A stretch of DNA of 64,000 nt from Podarcis vaucheri. Lineage: Eukaryota. The DNA is taken from assembly GCA_965113315.1 (NCBI GenBank), contig OZ220363.1; one strand, given 5' to 3'. Below, in pieces: positions 27,445-38,800 of this stretch (its first letter is position 1; each line of letters opens with the position of its first letter). The position numbers and the translations under genes are program-made. Below the pieces are notes generated by a model, which was given only the letters and a program-made list of their open reading frames with translations, did not search any database and was not told where the DNA came from.

Positions 27445-28651
27445 CCTGCTTGAGAGAAAGTGATGCACATCAAATGTATTTCATGAGGCTTACAAAGGTG
27501 TTACCGGTTTCTCTTCCCAGCTCCCCTCCTGAGGTCTTTGAAATGCTGCCTGTTAGTGCTAAGGGGAAGAGCAGCTCCTCTCAGACCCTGGGGATTGGCG
27601 AAAGGCGGGACTGAAGCCTCCTCCAGATTCCCTAGGTGTTGAAATATTCAGGCCCCTTACTCTTGTCTGACATGTCAAGGCATGCTCTAAAATAAAACAT
27701 TTAAATTAAGTTTAAAACTGCCAACTGACTCCCAAGCTGCATGAGATGCAGGAGGTCTATAATTAGATCTCCTGACATTTCTGCTTTTAGTTAAAAGTAG
27801 CCAGAGGCTCCAGCTTTGATTAGAGCAGTGACCCTGAGCCTCAGGCCTGAGGAAAAAAAATTTGAACTCTATTTCCCTGTGCCATTACCCCAATCTGTAC
27901 TGTCTCCTAGTTATAGATCTCCTGCATCTCACGCAACTTGATACTTAAATTGGTTTAATAGTTCTTCCTTCTCTCCGGCTAGCCTTAGCAACTAGTTCTT
28001 TGAGGAAGGATAGCAATCTCACTGAAGTACTATTCGCAGAAATGTTGGTGGGAAGCAATGATACTTAAACTGGTGTTTAAATGAGCTTGAACTGTATATA
28101 TGTCCTCCTTGTAAATACAGTGGTACCTCGGATTAAGTACTTAATTCCTTTCGGAGGTCCGTTCTTAACCTGAAACTGTTCTAAACCTGAAGCACCACTT
28201 TAGCTAATGGGGTCTCCTGCTGCTGCTGCGCCTCCGGAGTACGATTTCTGTTCTCAGCCTGAAGCAAAGTTCTTAACCCGAGGTAATATTTCTGGGTTAA
28301 CGGAGTCTGTAACCTGAAGTGTCTGTAACCCGAGGTACCACTGTACTTGCAGAAAGTATAGTGGCACCAGTCATTTTAAAGCACTGCAACTTGTCTCATT
28401 CTGCCTTGCCATCCCTTCCTCTCTGCTAACTGCTACCTTCTCCTTCCCATCCTACAGGTGGCAGGGGGTCCATTTTCAAAGGCGCACCGCCTCCTCCCAT
28501 TAGTGGCCCTGATGGTCCTCCACTTGGTGCTTTGGAAGAAATACAGCTTGGGGAAAACCAAAGGAGCGAGATTGACATCTCTGATTTGGGATCTCGGAAC
28601 TATGGAGCAAGGACAGATTTCTACTGCCTGGTGACAGAGGATGATATCTAA
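2226..28651 (+). CDS. SIGIRR: SIGIRR/IL-1R8 gene model, 10 coding exons: 2226-2325, 11854-12201, 14171-14360, 15357-15487, 17708-17851, 18043-18186, 20103-20205, 20731-20881, 25342-25516, 28458-28651 (1680 nt, 559 aa). Domains: signal peptide, two Ig, TM, TIR, long C-tail
   Basis: All introns are GT-AG with matching phases. The translation matches human SIGIRR motifs [69 protein letters not shown] and [17 protein letters not shown]. Convergent to PKP3 as in human. The first two exons are less certain than the last eight. Confidence 0.93.
2785..2857 (+). repeat. Perfect 35-bp tandem duplication
   Basis: gcctcattgaattccattttcccatgacacacatt occurs twice in tandem. Confidence 0.95.
5345..5709 (+). 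mobile_element. Sauria SINE, full length
   Basis: Head gggatgcgggtggcgctgtggg, tail (acctttt)n, TSD tatcttcaa. Near-identical to the 34264 copy. Confidence 0.9.
7093..7482 (+). mobile_element. tRNA-derived SINE with CR1-type tail, interrupted by a hAT MITE (about 7189-7433)
   Basis: tRNA-like head (gactctttaatctcag...ttcaagcccc) and tail cttccaactctattgttctattct. The insert is homologous to 51465-51849. Confidence 0.7.
8752..9113 (-). mobile_element. RTE-clade LINE, 5'-truncated 3' end
   Basis: [27 protein letters not shown]...CPHCGR..SRIGL.SHLRTH is the typical RTE C-terminus with a C2H2 motif. Confidence 0.85.
10156..10535 (-). mobile_element. Sauria SINE (older subfamily)
   Basis: aaggtaaagg tail at the left and ccacagcgccacc head at the right; degenerate ~18-bp TSD (agttgcRtattta). 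Confidence 0.85.
11854..12201 (+). CDS. SIGIRR: SIGIRR extra N-terminal Ig-domain exon (IL-1R D2-like)
   Basis: Bounded by tttatttag|aa and gca g|gtgagt; 348 nt, phase 1-1, no stops. Ig signature C..LFCP..QWSKNC..LTF...SDAGNYTC, with 8 N-glycosylation sequons. Confidence 0.88.
12661..12740 (-). mobile_element. Sauria SINE 3' fragment
   Basis: aaaggtaaagggacccctgac...gcgctcatctcgctttactggccga. Confidence 0.75.
14171..14360 (+). CDS. SIGIRR: SIGIRR canonical Ig domain, first half ([31 protein letters not shown]...YWMKDD)
   Basis: cccaacag acceptor and tg|gtaag donor. Aligns to human GVCDRAPDFLSPS...LGSSVALNCT...QWLKDG. Confidence 0.92.
15357..15487 (+). CDS. SIGIRR: SIGIRR canonical Ig domain, second half ([29 protein letters not shown])
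   Basis: ccccag acceptor and tca g|gtagc donor. Matches human SEVLVSSVLGVNVTSTEVYGAFTC. Confidence 0.93.
15800..15854. repeat. (CT)n(CA)n microsatellite
   Basis: Read directly from the sequence. Confidence 0.95.
17708..17851 (+). CDS. SIGIRR: SIGIRR transmembrane exon
   Basis: Translates as [43 protein letters not shown]. The tandem CAGCAG acceptor allows a start at 17708 or 17711. Confidence 0.95.
18043..18186 (+). CDS. SIGIRR: SIGIRR TIR exon 1
   Basis: Translates as [48 protein letters not shown], with canonical splice sites. Confidence 0.96.
18748..18962. mobile_element. TcMar/pogo-type MITE (CAGTGGTACCTC TIR family), copy 1 of 5
   Basis: TA TSD and TIRs; internal sequence shared with the four other copies. 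Confidence 0.88.
20103..20205 (+). CDS. SIGIRR: SIGIRR TIR exon 2
   Basis: Translates as [35 protein letters not shown], with canonical splice sites. Confidence 0.96.
20731..20881 (+). CDS. SIGIRR: SIGIRR TIR exon 3
   Basis: Translates as [50 protein letters not shown]; donor atg|gtaagt. Confidence 0.96.
22560..23020 (+). mobile_element. Old LINE reverse-transcriptase fragment
   Basis: Degenerate [14 protein letters not shown] and FVDFKTAFD motifs. Confidence 0.65.
24590..24718. mobile_element. Short hAT MITE
   Basis: TIRs caggcttcctcaaact / agtttgaggaaacctg; 8-bp TSD gcttactg. Confidence 0.88.
25342..25516 (+). CDS. SIGIRR: SIGIRR TIR end / C-tail exon
   Basis: Translates as [58 protein letters not shown]. 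Confidence 0.96.
26333..26412. repeat. (TTTC)n(TTCC)n microsatellite
   Basis: Read directly from the sequence. Confidence 0.95.
27410..27441. repeat. (CA)n microsatellite
   Basis: Read directly from the sequence. Confidence 0.95.
27733..27940. mobile_element. MITE-like element with ~33-bp terminal inverted repeats
   Basis: aagctgcatgagatgcaggaggtctataattag pairs with ctagttatagatctcctgcatctcacgcaactt, with about 4 mismatches. Confidence 0.65.
28118..28343. mobile_element. TcMar/pogo-type MITE, copy 2 of 5
   Basis: ta|cagtggtacctcgg ... cgaggtaccactg|ta. Confidence 0.88.
28458..28651 (+). CDS. SIGIRR: SIGIRR terminal coding exon
   Basis: Translates as [13 protein letters not shown]...[29 protein letters not shown]; long pyrimidine tract before cctacag. 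Confidence 0.96.
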
Positions 28652-28759
28652 GAGATGCTGGAATTTTCCTTGGTGAAACTGATTATCACGATGTGCCTTG
28701 ACAATGACAATCAGCTTGGGTAGTTTCTCTGATCTGTAACAACCAAATTGAGTGCTGTA

Positions 28760-29160
28760 GGGCTCTCTCCTGGGCCCCACACTCTTCATAATATTAATCA
28801 ATTACTTGGCAGAAGGGGTGGAGGGGAATCCTTAGCACATCTATGGAGGACATGGAAATGGGAGGGATCACTAACATCTCAGAAGACAGGAATAAAATTC
28901 AACATGATCTCAGTGGGTTGGAAACTAGGTGGATTAACACATGAAATTCAACAGAGACCAATGCAAAATTCAAATGCACATGTTTGGGTGGTGGGAATAC
29001 CTAGGTTGGCATGGCAATAGTATACGTGCGAAGGATTTTAGCATTGTGTTTGATCACAAGCTGACTATGTATGAGTCAGTGGTGTTAGATGACTGCAAAA
29101 ACAGACTAATAAGATTTTTTTGCAGCATTACTAGAACCATGATTTCCAAGTCACCAGAAG
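28760..29160 (+). mobile_element. Degenerate CR1 LINE RT fragment directly after the SIGIRR stop (in the presumptive 3' UTR)
   Basis: Frameshifted GS.LGP.LF...EDRNKIQ.DL...MKFNRD.CK motifs. Confidence 0.75.
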
Positions 29161-31919
29161 TGGAACTGTGGCAGTGGACCTGGTTACCTAGAAGGCAGGT
29201 GGTTTCCTGCTCTGGAAGAGGCTGGACTTGAATTGATATAGTCCACAGTATGGATATCTAACCTGAGTTCATGTGGGCCCCCACCTAACTGTCTCATCCC
29301 CCAACACCTCAGCACTTTGGTGGCAGCAGCAAGAAGAAACAAAATCAAAATTGACAGTGTTTGAACGCGACCAGCTGCATACCTGTGCATGCAGTGTGTG
29401 TGCGTGTGCGCACGCATGTGCATACCTGCAGGAGTTAAGGTTAATCAAGAGTAAATGCAGCCTTTGGGCCCAAAATGTTAGCCACTCCTTCTCTACAGTA
29501 TCCCTTCCAACTCTTTGGTTTTATATCACTTCAGCACTGTAATTGTTGGGGGGGGGAGTTCTGTTAATCCTGAAATGTGCAAGACTTTGTTAGTGCCTTA
29601 TACTTTGATTATCTTTAGTTTGTATAACTACTCAGGATCAAGGGAAGTTGTTAGGAACGAATGACCCTATTGTATGTTCTTGGGTGAAGATCTTGCACTA
29701 GGTCACTATGCTGAGATCCCAACGTCTGTCAGACTCCTTTGTTTTTGCTAACATCTCTGGATAGCCCTTGCTATTTCAGAAATGGGCACTGATGACTGGC
29801 CAACATTAAGGTAATAGAACAAAGGAAAATAACAGCAATTTGGCCTGGCACTGCTGAGACCCTGTTGTGGCTGGAAACGTATCAGTCAAAAGCAGTGTAA
29901 TGGAAGCAATGTCTTGGACAAAACAGATTAGATTAGCCATTTGGTTTCCGAATGAAAATCACATTGACAGCTGCAGCCCTTGGGTAAGTAGCACTTTCTA
30001 AGAGCTTTACAGCCTGATCCTAGCCACATTTACTTGGAAAATTTGCCTTAGGTTAGTTACAGTAGTTTGTGAGTACAGCCTTAGCAATACATTGTTGCCA
30101 CTAAGTGCAGATCAATGCCTAGGATGGAAAGAGAAGGGCTATAATGTTGATGGAACATCTGCCTGAACTTCAAGAAAATCATAGCTTTTGGGGGAGGCAG
30201 GATTTGAAAAGTAATGACACTGAAAGTTCAGAATGAAAAGGTCAAGTTTTACTTACGTTCCAGCTAACATATTGTCACAGCAAGTCTTAGAAAAGGTTGG
30301 CACATGGTCCTTTGTCCTCTGCTTCTTTGTTTCCTTCTGGCAAAGCTCTGAGTAAGTCGCCCACCAAAAGGCCTAATTGCAATAATGGCACCTCAAAAAG
30401 TGTTTCTTAGGCTGTGTTTAGCTACTAATGTTGTTTGCTGCCTAAACAGTTCACTGGGCAGGTGTTCTTGCTTTAAAAAAGATTGTATGCACACCAGAAA
30501 GTGGCTAAATAAATAAATATTTTAAGCTAGCTGTTTTGTAGCATAAGTAGTCACTGGGCTGTCAACTTCAGCCTCTAGAAAGCTGATGTCTTCAAGTTAA
30601 CTGGCATCTAAAGGGTTAAGCCCTGACTTGGGAAAAACTTCTGCATATCAGGGTTGAGTTGTGTCAGGACTAAATGGGCACTACTAACTTGGTCCAGCAG
30701 CTAAAAACAATGAAAATGGAATTGACATTCTCATGGTCTTTATACGCACCAAAATTTCTTCCCAACCATGAACACTAGCACTGTCTAGTGCATTGGTGCT
30801 TAATCTTGAGGCCAAACTGGAAATATCACTTTATCTGGATACAATTCCTCTGAATGTGCTAATGACTGTTGCCCCTCGCTTTCCTCCAGCCACAAAGAGG
30901 TCTAGTTTAGTGAACATCTGCATGGGGACTCCTCTTGCTTCCAGTTCAGCTCTTTAGGTCACAGTGAAAGTGGTAGTTGTGTCCTGAGAAAAGAAATACA
31001 ATGCACCATAAGGCTGCTGATAACACTTTGTTTGCACGGCTCCTAGGTTACACAGATGAACAGGACTGCCCCGCATAGGTTGAAGGCTCATAAGCATTAT
31101 CTAACTGAAGGCATTAGATGTATTCATGAACGTGTTTGGTCACGGAAGAAAGGCATACGCACTAGTCATATTTAATGGGATAGTAACTAGGAGACAGGAG
31201 ATTCCTTTCAAAATCATTAGCTAGCAGGAGAGGAAACCTCTTCAGTTACACTCTAATCAGCACACGTCTGAAATACTGCTTTCATTTTTAAGGGCTTTTC
31301 TGAGGTTAGTTTTTTAAAGTTTTTTTCATTTTGCTATATTTGTGCTAGTCCCAATTTAGTGCCAGAAGCATGATATTTTGTTTGCATGCAAAAAATAAAA
31401 TAAAATGGTATTTTTGAGGGCTGGGGATTTTGGTGTACGTTGCCTAATAATAATAATAATGCATTAGATAACTTAATGCTGTTAAAAGCATTAGTTACCA
31501 ATGTGAAAGCTGGCAAAGAGGTGGCACTATTTCATAGTGTTTTTATAGTTATAAGTTGACAACAAAGCAAGTGTCAAAAGAATTTGAAGAGCGTTTTACT
31601 AAGAACATTTTAAAAATCTAAAACTTAAATACATAAGAAGCAGGAAACCAGCCAATGAGGCAGTTGTATCTGTAGACAACTATGGAGTGGTAAGATTGCT
31701 AAAGAGGGGGAGAGAGAAATTGTAGAAAAGTATAATCCTTTGCATTGAACTAAACTACTTTTTATTCATGCGGCGTAAGGTATGAGGGCTAAAATTAACA
31801 ATCCCTCATATACAGTTGAAATGCACCCAAGATGCATTAAATAATAAAAATATGCAATCTATCACTATAACTGGGCTAACTAAAGGATAGCCAGTCCATG
31901 TGTGTGTGTGTGTGTGTAG

Positions 31920-32160
31920 GGAAGCCCTTTTAAAAGATATCTTCCAGTAAAATCATGAAAAGGATGTTAAATAGAGAATTGTTACAGCTACTGAAGACAA
32001 GCCTTTTTGAGGAATAGTCAGCATGGTTTCTGAATGCAAAAAAGTCCTGTATCATAAGTCTTTTGTAGTTCTTTGAGCATGCCAGCTGCCATTTTCTATG
32101 TGGATACAGGTAATCCTCTGGGCATTTTCAGTTTTTCAAGGTGTTACATATTCTCTCCAT
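31920..32160 (+). mobile_element. Degenerate CR1 fragment
   Basis: SQHGF...KSC-like motif (agtcagcatggtttc...aagtcctg). Confidence 0.5.
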
Positions 32161-32394
32161 GATAGATATTCATTACAGTTGTGCCTTCCCTCAAAGAATT
32201 CTGGGAATTGTATTTTGGCGATGGTGTTGAGGATTCTGTTCTAGAGCCTTTCTCCAGTTCATGGAATCACAGTTCCCAGAGTTCTCCGGAGACAGAATGG
32301 TAAGCCCGAGTGGTAAACTCAAAGTATACATGCCACTGACACATGTAGAATATAGCATAACAAGAAAAAGTAACAGCAATAAATGGTCAAAGTC

Positions 32395-32400
32395 TTTATT
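32395..32400 (-). terminator. Candidate PKP3 poly(A) signal (AATAAA on - strand)
   Basis: Followed on the - strand by the GU/U-rich gctgttactttttcttgt. Other candidates exist, for example 32870-32875. Confidence 0.35.
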
Positions 32401-34263
32401 TATTTAGCAACATCAGTGAGTCTGCTCAGAATTAGAGAGCATGCACTGAGCATGCTCAAAAGTGTGCAAAAGATTGTCAGATTCAGAGGAAGACCAGGTT
32501 CTTAATAGTTGTACAGGAAACAGAATTTTTGCAGGTGCAACATGTCTGTCATACAGGGGTGAGAAACGCTGTACTGGATGGAATTCCTTCTATACTGCAC
32601 CACTGAGGCTGATCACCTGATGGGTCAGTAAGCTGTCTTGCCAGTTGTGGTATATTTTTCTCTAGCAGAAGCACTGAAGACCTAGTCCTTTCACCCACAT
32701 GTTCTTTGATGTAGCATTTAACATGCCTATCTTTCAGTGCTCCAGGTTCTCATAAAACAAACAAAAATATTTCAATATTATATATTTCTGTTTCAGAAGT
32801 TAGAGAAGAGCCTAAGAGCTCATTTAGTTCCTAAGAGATAATCCGAGGGTATAGTTATTACTTGCCATGTTTATTACAATTTAAACTTTAACCAGGTGTA
32901 TTTTACCAGCAAATGGGCCAAAGGCTGTGGCCATCTTCACAAAATGACTTGTCTTCCCACTTTTCTCTTTGTGTTCATGGCTAAGGTTTTCAATCCTGCA
33001 TCCAGGCTTCTCATTTGACAAAATAGGGATGATTGTGCCTCTTTGTGGAGAGCAGAGGCAGGTCTTTGGCGAACAACATTAGTAGAAGCAGCAGACTGGC
33101 AAATTAGCAAGTTTTAATTACCTGCTTAACTTGCTGAGCTATGTGCATTTGTTGATACTTTTGGCTCCTCCCCTCTCCCATACAGTTGTTAAGAGATAAC
33201 AGCTCTACTTCTATGCTTGAGTGTACGTGTTCCAAAGGGATAGTTCTACAATAACATCCATCCTTACTTGGAAATTAGGGGAGCTGTTTCCTCAATGTTT
33301 ATATACAGATGATCACCTCTGAAAATAGGAAGAGTGTCAGATGTTGGAGGAACTGATGAGTGGTGCATCACTATGCACCGTGCAAAGGTAGCTATTTTAC
33401 TAAAACAAAATGCCAGCTGCTTAATTCACTTTCTTAAGGTGACTTCAGCTTTTCAGTTGCACAGTTGTGATTTCCAAGGAAGCATACATAATGCTGTCAA
33501 AGTTAATGAGTTGTTAAAAGCAGCAATTTTACAAGATAATAGCCTATCCACTATACTGAGTAAAAACAAAAGCATTTATACAGTATGTACAGGAGAAACT
33601 TATTCCCTCTTATTGCCCCTCGAGTCCATCTTGGCATCCCGTTGTGGCTGAGCAGAGTCTGGTCTCATATCTATGCCGGGTACAAATTTTAACAATTACA
33701 GCAAGAACGTCAGAGAGATGATGCTGGGGTAGTTACTTTCCTCCCAAATACTGAAATCAGCTGCCATTCCAACAGCAGCTTGTCTCTTAAAGTAAATGAA
33801 CATGGCTAAATTAGGCCAAGTATTTTAATAGGTCTACTCTTGAGTAAAAATTAGTTGAATACCACCCATAGTATTTGCATGACTCACTTTGATAATGACA
33901 ACTATCAAGAGCTGCTGCTGGTTTATGTGAAAGGTAGTGCAGTTAACAGCACAACTACTCCAATAAGGGAAACCTTCTCAATCAATGGCTTTCAGTTAGG
34001 CAGTGAAAAAAGCCTGTCAGATTGGTGGACATAGCATGTAGTGGGACTAGTACTAGATCCTACAGCCTCCAGCTTCCCCATTGGCCTAAACAGGTACCAG
34101 ATGACAGCATAACCAATGTTTGTCTGCCATCACAGCCTCTGTAGTAACTTCCCCTTTAGCCAACATTCTGATAGGACATTCCAGTAATCTGCCATTTGAC
34201 TGCAGGAAGGATATACCCCTGAGTGAAAGCTACTGTGAATTAGTTGTTATGTAACCTGCTTCA

Positions 34264-34626
34264 GGGGACGCGGGTGGCGCTGTGGGTAAAAGCCTCAGCG
34301 CCTAGGGCTTGCCGATCGAAAGATCGGCAGTTCGAATCCCCGCGGCGGGGTGCGCTCCCGCTGCTCGGTCCCAGCGCCTGCCAACCTAGCAGTTCGAAAG
34401 CACCCCCGGGTGCAAGTAGATAAATAGGTTCCGCTTACCAGCGGGAAGGTAAACGGCGTTCCGTGTGCTGCGCTGGCTCGCCAGATGCAGCTTTGTCACG
34501 CTGGCCACGTGACCCGGAAGTGTCTCCGGACAGCGCTGGCCCCCGGCCTCTTGAGTGAGATGGGCGCACAAACCCCAGAGTCTGTCAAGACTGGCCCGTT
34601 CGGGCAGGGGTACCTTTACCTTTACC
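34264..34626 (+). mobile_element. Sauria SINE, full length, young (CpGs retained)
   Basis: Same head and tail as the 5345 copy; 12-bp TSD taacctgcttca at 34252-34263 and 34627-34638. Confidence 0.92.
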
Positions 34627-35790
34627 TAACCTGCTTCATATAGAATACTGGCACACAAAAGACAGCTTAATTTTACTAAAACTTTAATCTGGTCATCTTG
34701 TGCCTTAACATATTCTATCCCAGCCATTGTTGGCTCATTTGACAGGGTCCTGGCACTTTAAATCAAGGCTGTTGGTTTTACCCTATAATCAAATACAGTT
34801 CAGTGGGCCAGTACCTGGCACTTTATAGCCACCAAGGCATTCCTGCCAGCATAGAGCCAAAGTAACATTTTGCACAAACCACAGCAAAGCTGGCCAGAGA
34901 CCAGCCCAAGGACCTCTTTTCCCCCAGCAGGTTCTAAGCCAGCCAGCACCCTTTTTGCATAATCCCACCCACCTCTTACTTTACCAGCGCTATCACCCAA
35001 ACAGAAACGGTACACATATACAGTGTGTGTAGCTTCAGAAAATCCTGTCTTCAGGATTCCTGCTATTGACCATACAAACTAATTAAAATGAAAGGATCCG
35101 CCACCCAATTCCACCATAAAACTATATGCCAAAGCATTCTTGCCCTACTTTTTGGGCAGTGCTAACTTTAAACATTGCATTTATCCCTCAAAATTCCATT
35201 AACAGGTTCAATACCACCAGAAACAAGTGGTTTTCTGGTGTCATATGTGTAGAGCTTATAGTTTTCATTAAAATTGATCCATGCCACTTTAAAAGTGAAA
35301 AGGAAGCCCATCATTTTAGGGGTTCAGAGAAGATGGTGGGGAGTGACCTACAAACAGTAAGACTTTTAGGAGGGAGAAGGAAGGCCCCTCAGCATCCTTC
35401 CCAAGACTGGAGGTCCTGCTATGACATGAGTGTTCGTGAATTTCAAATAATGACGGGGGATCCAAGGGCATCCAGTACAAGATGTGAAGGAGAAGGAGAG
35501 TCCTGAGAATTTGCCTGGATGCTGACTCACGTCTTTACAGTTAAGATTTGTTTTTATGGAGATAAGATGGCCAGCAGAAGATGATGAGTTTCCAGCAGGC
35601 TTGAAAAAGAAACACTAATGAATAATTAAAAAATAAGGCACACCAGCCAAATTGGCCTGAGATCTATAAAAAGGAGGGAAGCTGCAGAGGGCAAGCTTCA
35701 TGCAGCGGCGCCACAGTCCATGATGGTGATTCACGTACAAATTTCATGATGAGTTAGGGCTGGACAGTCCATTTCTGCATTCCCTTTTCT

Positions 35791-35826
35791 TTACAGGCCA
35801 ACAAAGTCTTCTTTTCGATAGCCCTT
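35791..35826 (-). CDS. PKP3: PKP3 terminal coding exon (KGYRKEDFVGL*)
   Basis: tgttttacag acceptor; human C-terminus is KGYRKEDFLGP. Confidence 0.93.
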   Translation of the reverse strand, partial: KGYRKEDFVGL

Positions 35827-38800
35827 CTGTAAAACACAGAAGAAGAAAAATATCACAAGGGCACATCATTCCACCCACCCACTGCCCTATTGATATAAGA
35901 CCCAAGATGGCACAGATTCTCAAAAGAACTGCAAATCTAGAATTCATATCTGTGACACTGCAGAAGAGAATGACCTGCAGCAGGGGGTGCCCCTTCCTCA
36001 TAAGAGAAGTTTGTACCTGATGGCTGAAATGGAAGCCCCCCACCATGGGAAGTAAGGGTGATGTGTTATGTTCTATTAGTGTGCTAAAATGTTCAAACAT
36101 TTAAAATAAGGGGGAGCCCTAAAAACAAGTGGCACTTACCAAGCCCTTGGAGGACACACATTCCCGACACCTTAGATAAGTGCCATGATTCCTGGACTAA
36201 AACTATAGGTTATTGATCTATTTGGGGCAATATCCTCAGCTAAGGCCAAAATGGCAGCTGAACAAACAGCACATCTCTGTCACTTTCCTATTCAGTACTA
36301 TAGGGCTAAACCCAAAGCACAGCAGGTACCCACTAAGCATCCCTTGTTAAAGTTAGATGCAAAAGGGTATAGGGTGGGCTCCCATACTGTTAATAGTGGT
36401 TCAAAATAGGGGCGTAGAGCAGGTATATGTTTTCTTATGCCTCCATGACAAACTATACTTACTGAAATTCATTCTTCCAGAAAACTACTAATAATACAGG
36501 TGTGCTGGCCTTTGTAGCTGATCATATCTAGAAGATACCTCTTCTCCCTCTTCTAGAATCAGAAATCTACTCATGCATATTGCAGCACAGGCACCCTATG
36601 AAGTCATTTCTCTTGTGATGTGTTATGTCCAGGAGTGCAAGCTTTCACACTGCAGGACTTGAAGGAGCAACCATACTTCCCCCTCTAGACTGGGCAGGAA
36701 GTCAGTTCTTCTCCTGTAAGCTCACTGAGGAGTGGAGAGAGAGCAATTGGGAGGAAGGAACATACCGTCTTATAGTCCCGATGAAGCTTGCTGTACTGCC
36801 ACATGTTGGTCAGGAGGCTGGAAGCAGCTCTCGACGACTTCTCACTGTCTGAGCTGGAGAATAAAGACAGACACAACACACTGCAAGTGCACTTTAAGAC
36901 ACAGACTCTCTTCCTTCATAAACTATTGGTGGATTTTATACTAGGTTACATCATGTCTATTAGTGAACCACTGAGAATTAAGGTAGCAAACCTTAGACAC
37001 ATAGTAAGGAATTCCACATAACGCTAAGTGGGGTATGGACACAAGGAACAAGGTCTGCTTGTGCAGTGGGATTTAGCTACTCTCCCCCCCCCCTTGTGCC
37101 CCCCTGAACCTGTTCTGGGGGGCTCCCCCCATCTTCCAGAACAAATTTAAGGGCATAGAGGAAGAGAGGGGGGAGAACTCAGATGAATTCCTCCCACGTG
37201 CTTATGACTAAGCTCTACTAAATTCAGTGATACATCCAATAGGCTTGGGCTACATTTCTGAGTCGGTCACAACTGGACCTAATGGTCAGGGGTCTCTTTA
37301 CATTTACCTTTACACTTCTGGAAGAAAATGGGTCTGTCTTAACAAATGGGCATGGTCTGTAGGAACAGACTCACAGCTTTGCAAATCCACAAACACTCCC
37401 CTTAATAGAAATTTAGACAGGAGGACATACTGTTTAGCAGCAGGTGGACTAATTCCACACCCTTGCAATTGGTATAAAGCAGCCAGATGGCCTAAAATGT
37501 GACTGAATATGGAGTTCTTGGAATTCAACTGGTGGTTTCAGCATATGGAATTGGAGGAGGAATCCCCAGGTCTTCCCCACCTGTCCCTTTTCTTCTTGAT
37601 GTAGAATAGCTTCCGCAGGCCATCGAAGTAGACAATGTCACGTGCAGCAACAGGGCTTTCCACAACCAAGTTGTTCAGCACAGCAATAATGTTGACAACC
37701 ACGTCTGTTGGAGGCCACTTCTCTCCAGAGCTGCCTGGAAGCTTCTCGATCAAATGACTCACCACCTTGGTTGCTGCAAATCAAAAACAAAACTGATCAG
37801 TGATGCAGGTGACTACAGGTGAAGCCCCAAGGAATGGGACACGCCCCAGAAACACTGTGTGGATGGAGTAGGCAAGGTCATTCTGCATGGAGGACAGCGC
37901 CTCCCAGCTTTCTTCCAGGTCCTGGAATGGTGACCTTTGCTATATTTTCCAATTGGAATGACACTCACACATCTCATCCTTATTGCGCGCATTCCGGGAG
38001 AGATTCCGAATAAGTCCCGTCAGTGAACGAAGTTGGTGATGGTCAGCTGTGCGGACTCTGTCCAGCACTGGGTTGAGGATCCTCTCTTGTTCCAAAGCCA
38101 CTCTGCTGAGGACACCAGCCCACTACAGTGAAACAGGAGCCAGCAAGAGGATGAGTTGTCAGCCAAGTCAATAAAGCATCTGAGCTCAAGTTGCAGATGT
38201 GGGGAGAGAGATTCCCACATCCCCTCTGCTTATTGCTGTAACATTGTTTATCAAAAACCCTTGTGTTTAAGATGACTCCATGGCAGGTTTGCACAGTAAT
38301 TTAGTGCTACAGCACAGAAAGCATCAGGCTATTCTTCAGGGGTAAGGGGGAAAGAGGACAGGAAGCTTTCTTCCCACCTGTGAATTGGGGAGAGCTGGTT
38401 ATGACAAATGACAGAACTGGCGCTGATATTTGGCTATTCCTTCTCCTTCAAAGTACACTTCCAAAACTATTTAAATATTTTCACTGGCCTACATTAGGGA
38501 TTCTTAACCAAAGGTCCATGGATGGGCTTCAGGAAGTCTGTGAACAAAGGGAGGGGGGAAACCCTCCATTGCAACAAACGTTTGTGTGCATGTGTGCGTG
38601 TTTATGTGCATTTTTCTGGGAAGGAAGTCTATAGCTTTCATTAAATCCTCAAAAGGGTCTGTGGGCCAAAACAGGTTAAGAACTATTGACCTATATACCT
38701 ACAACAAGTATTGGGACACTGCAAACAGAGAAGTCCGTCTGGCCTTCCCCTTCATCTACTCCCAGTGCTGTGTGATCTATTGGTTCTTAGTCTTTTCTGT

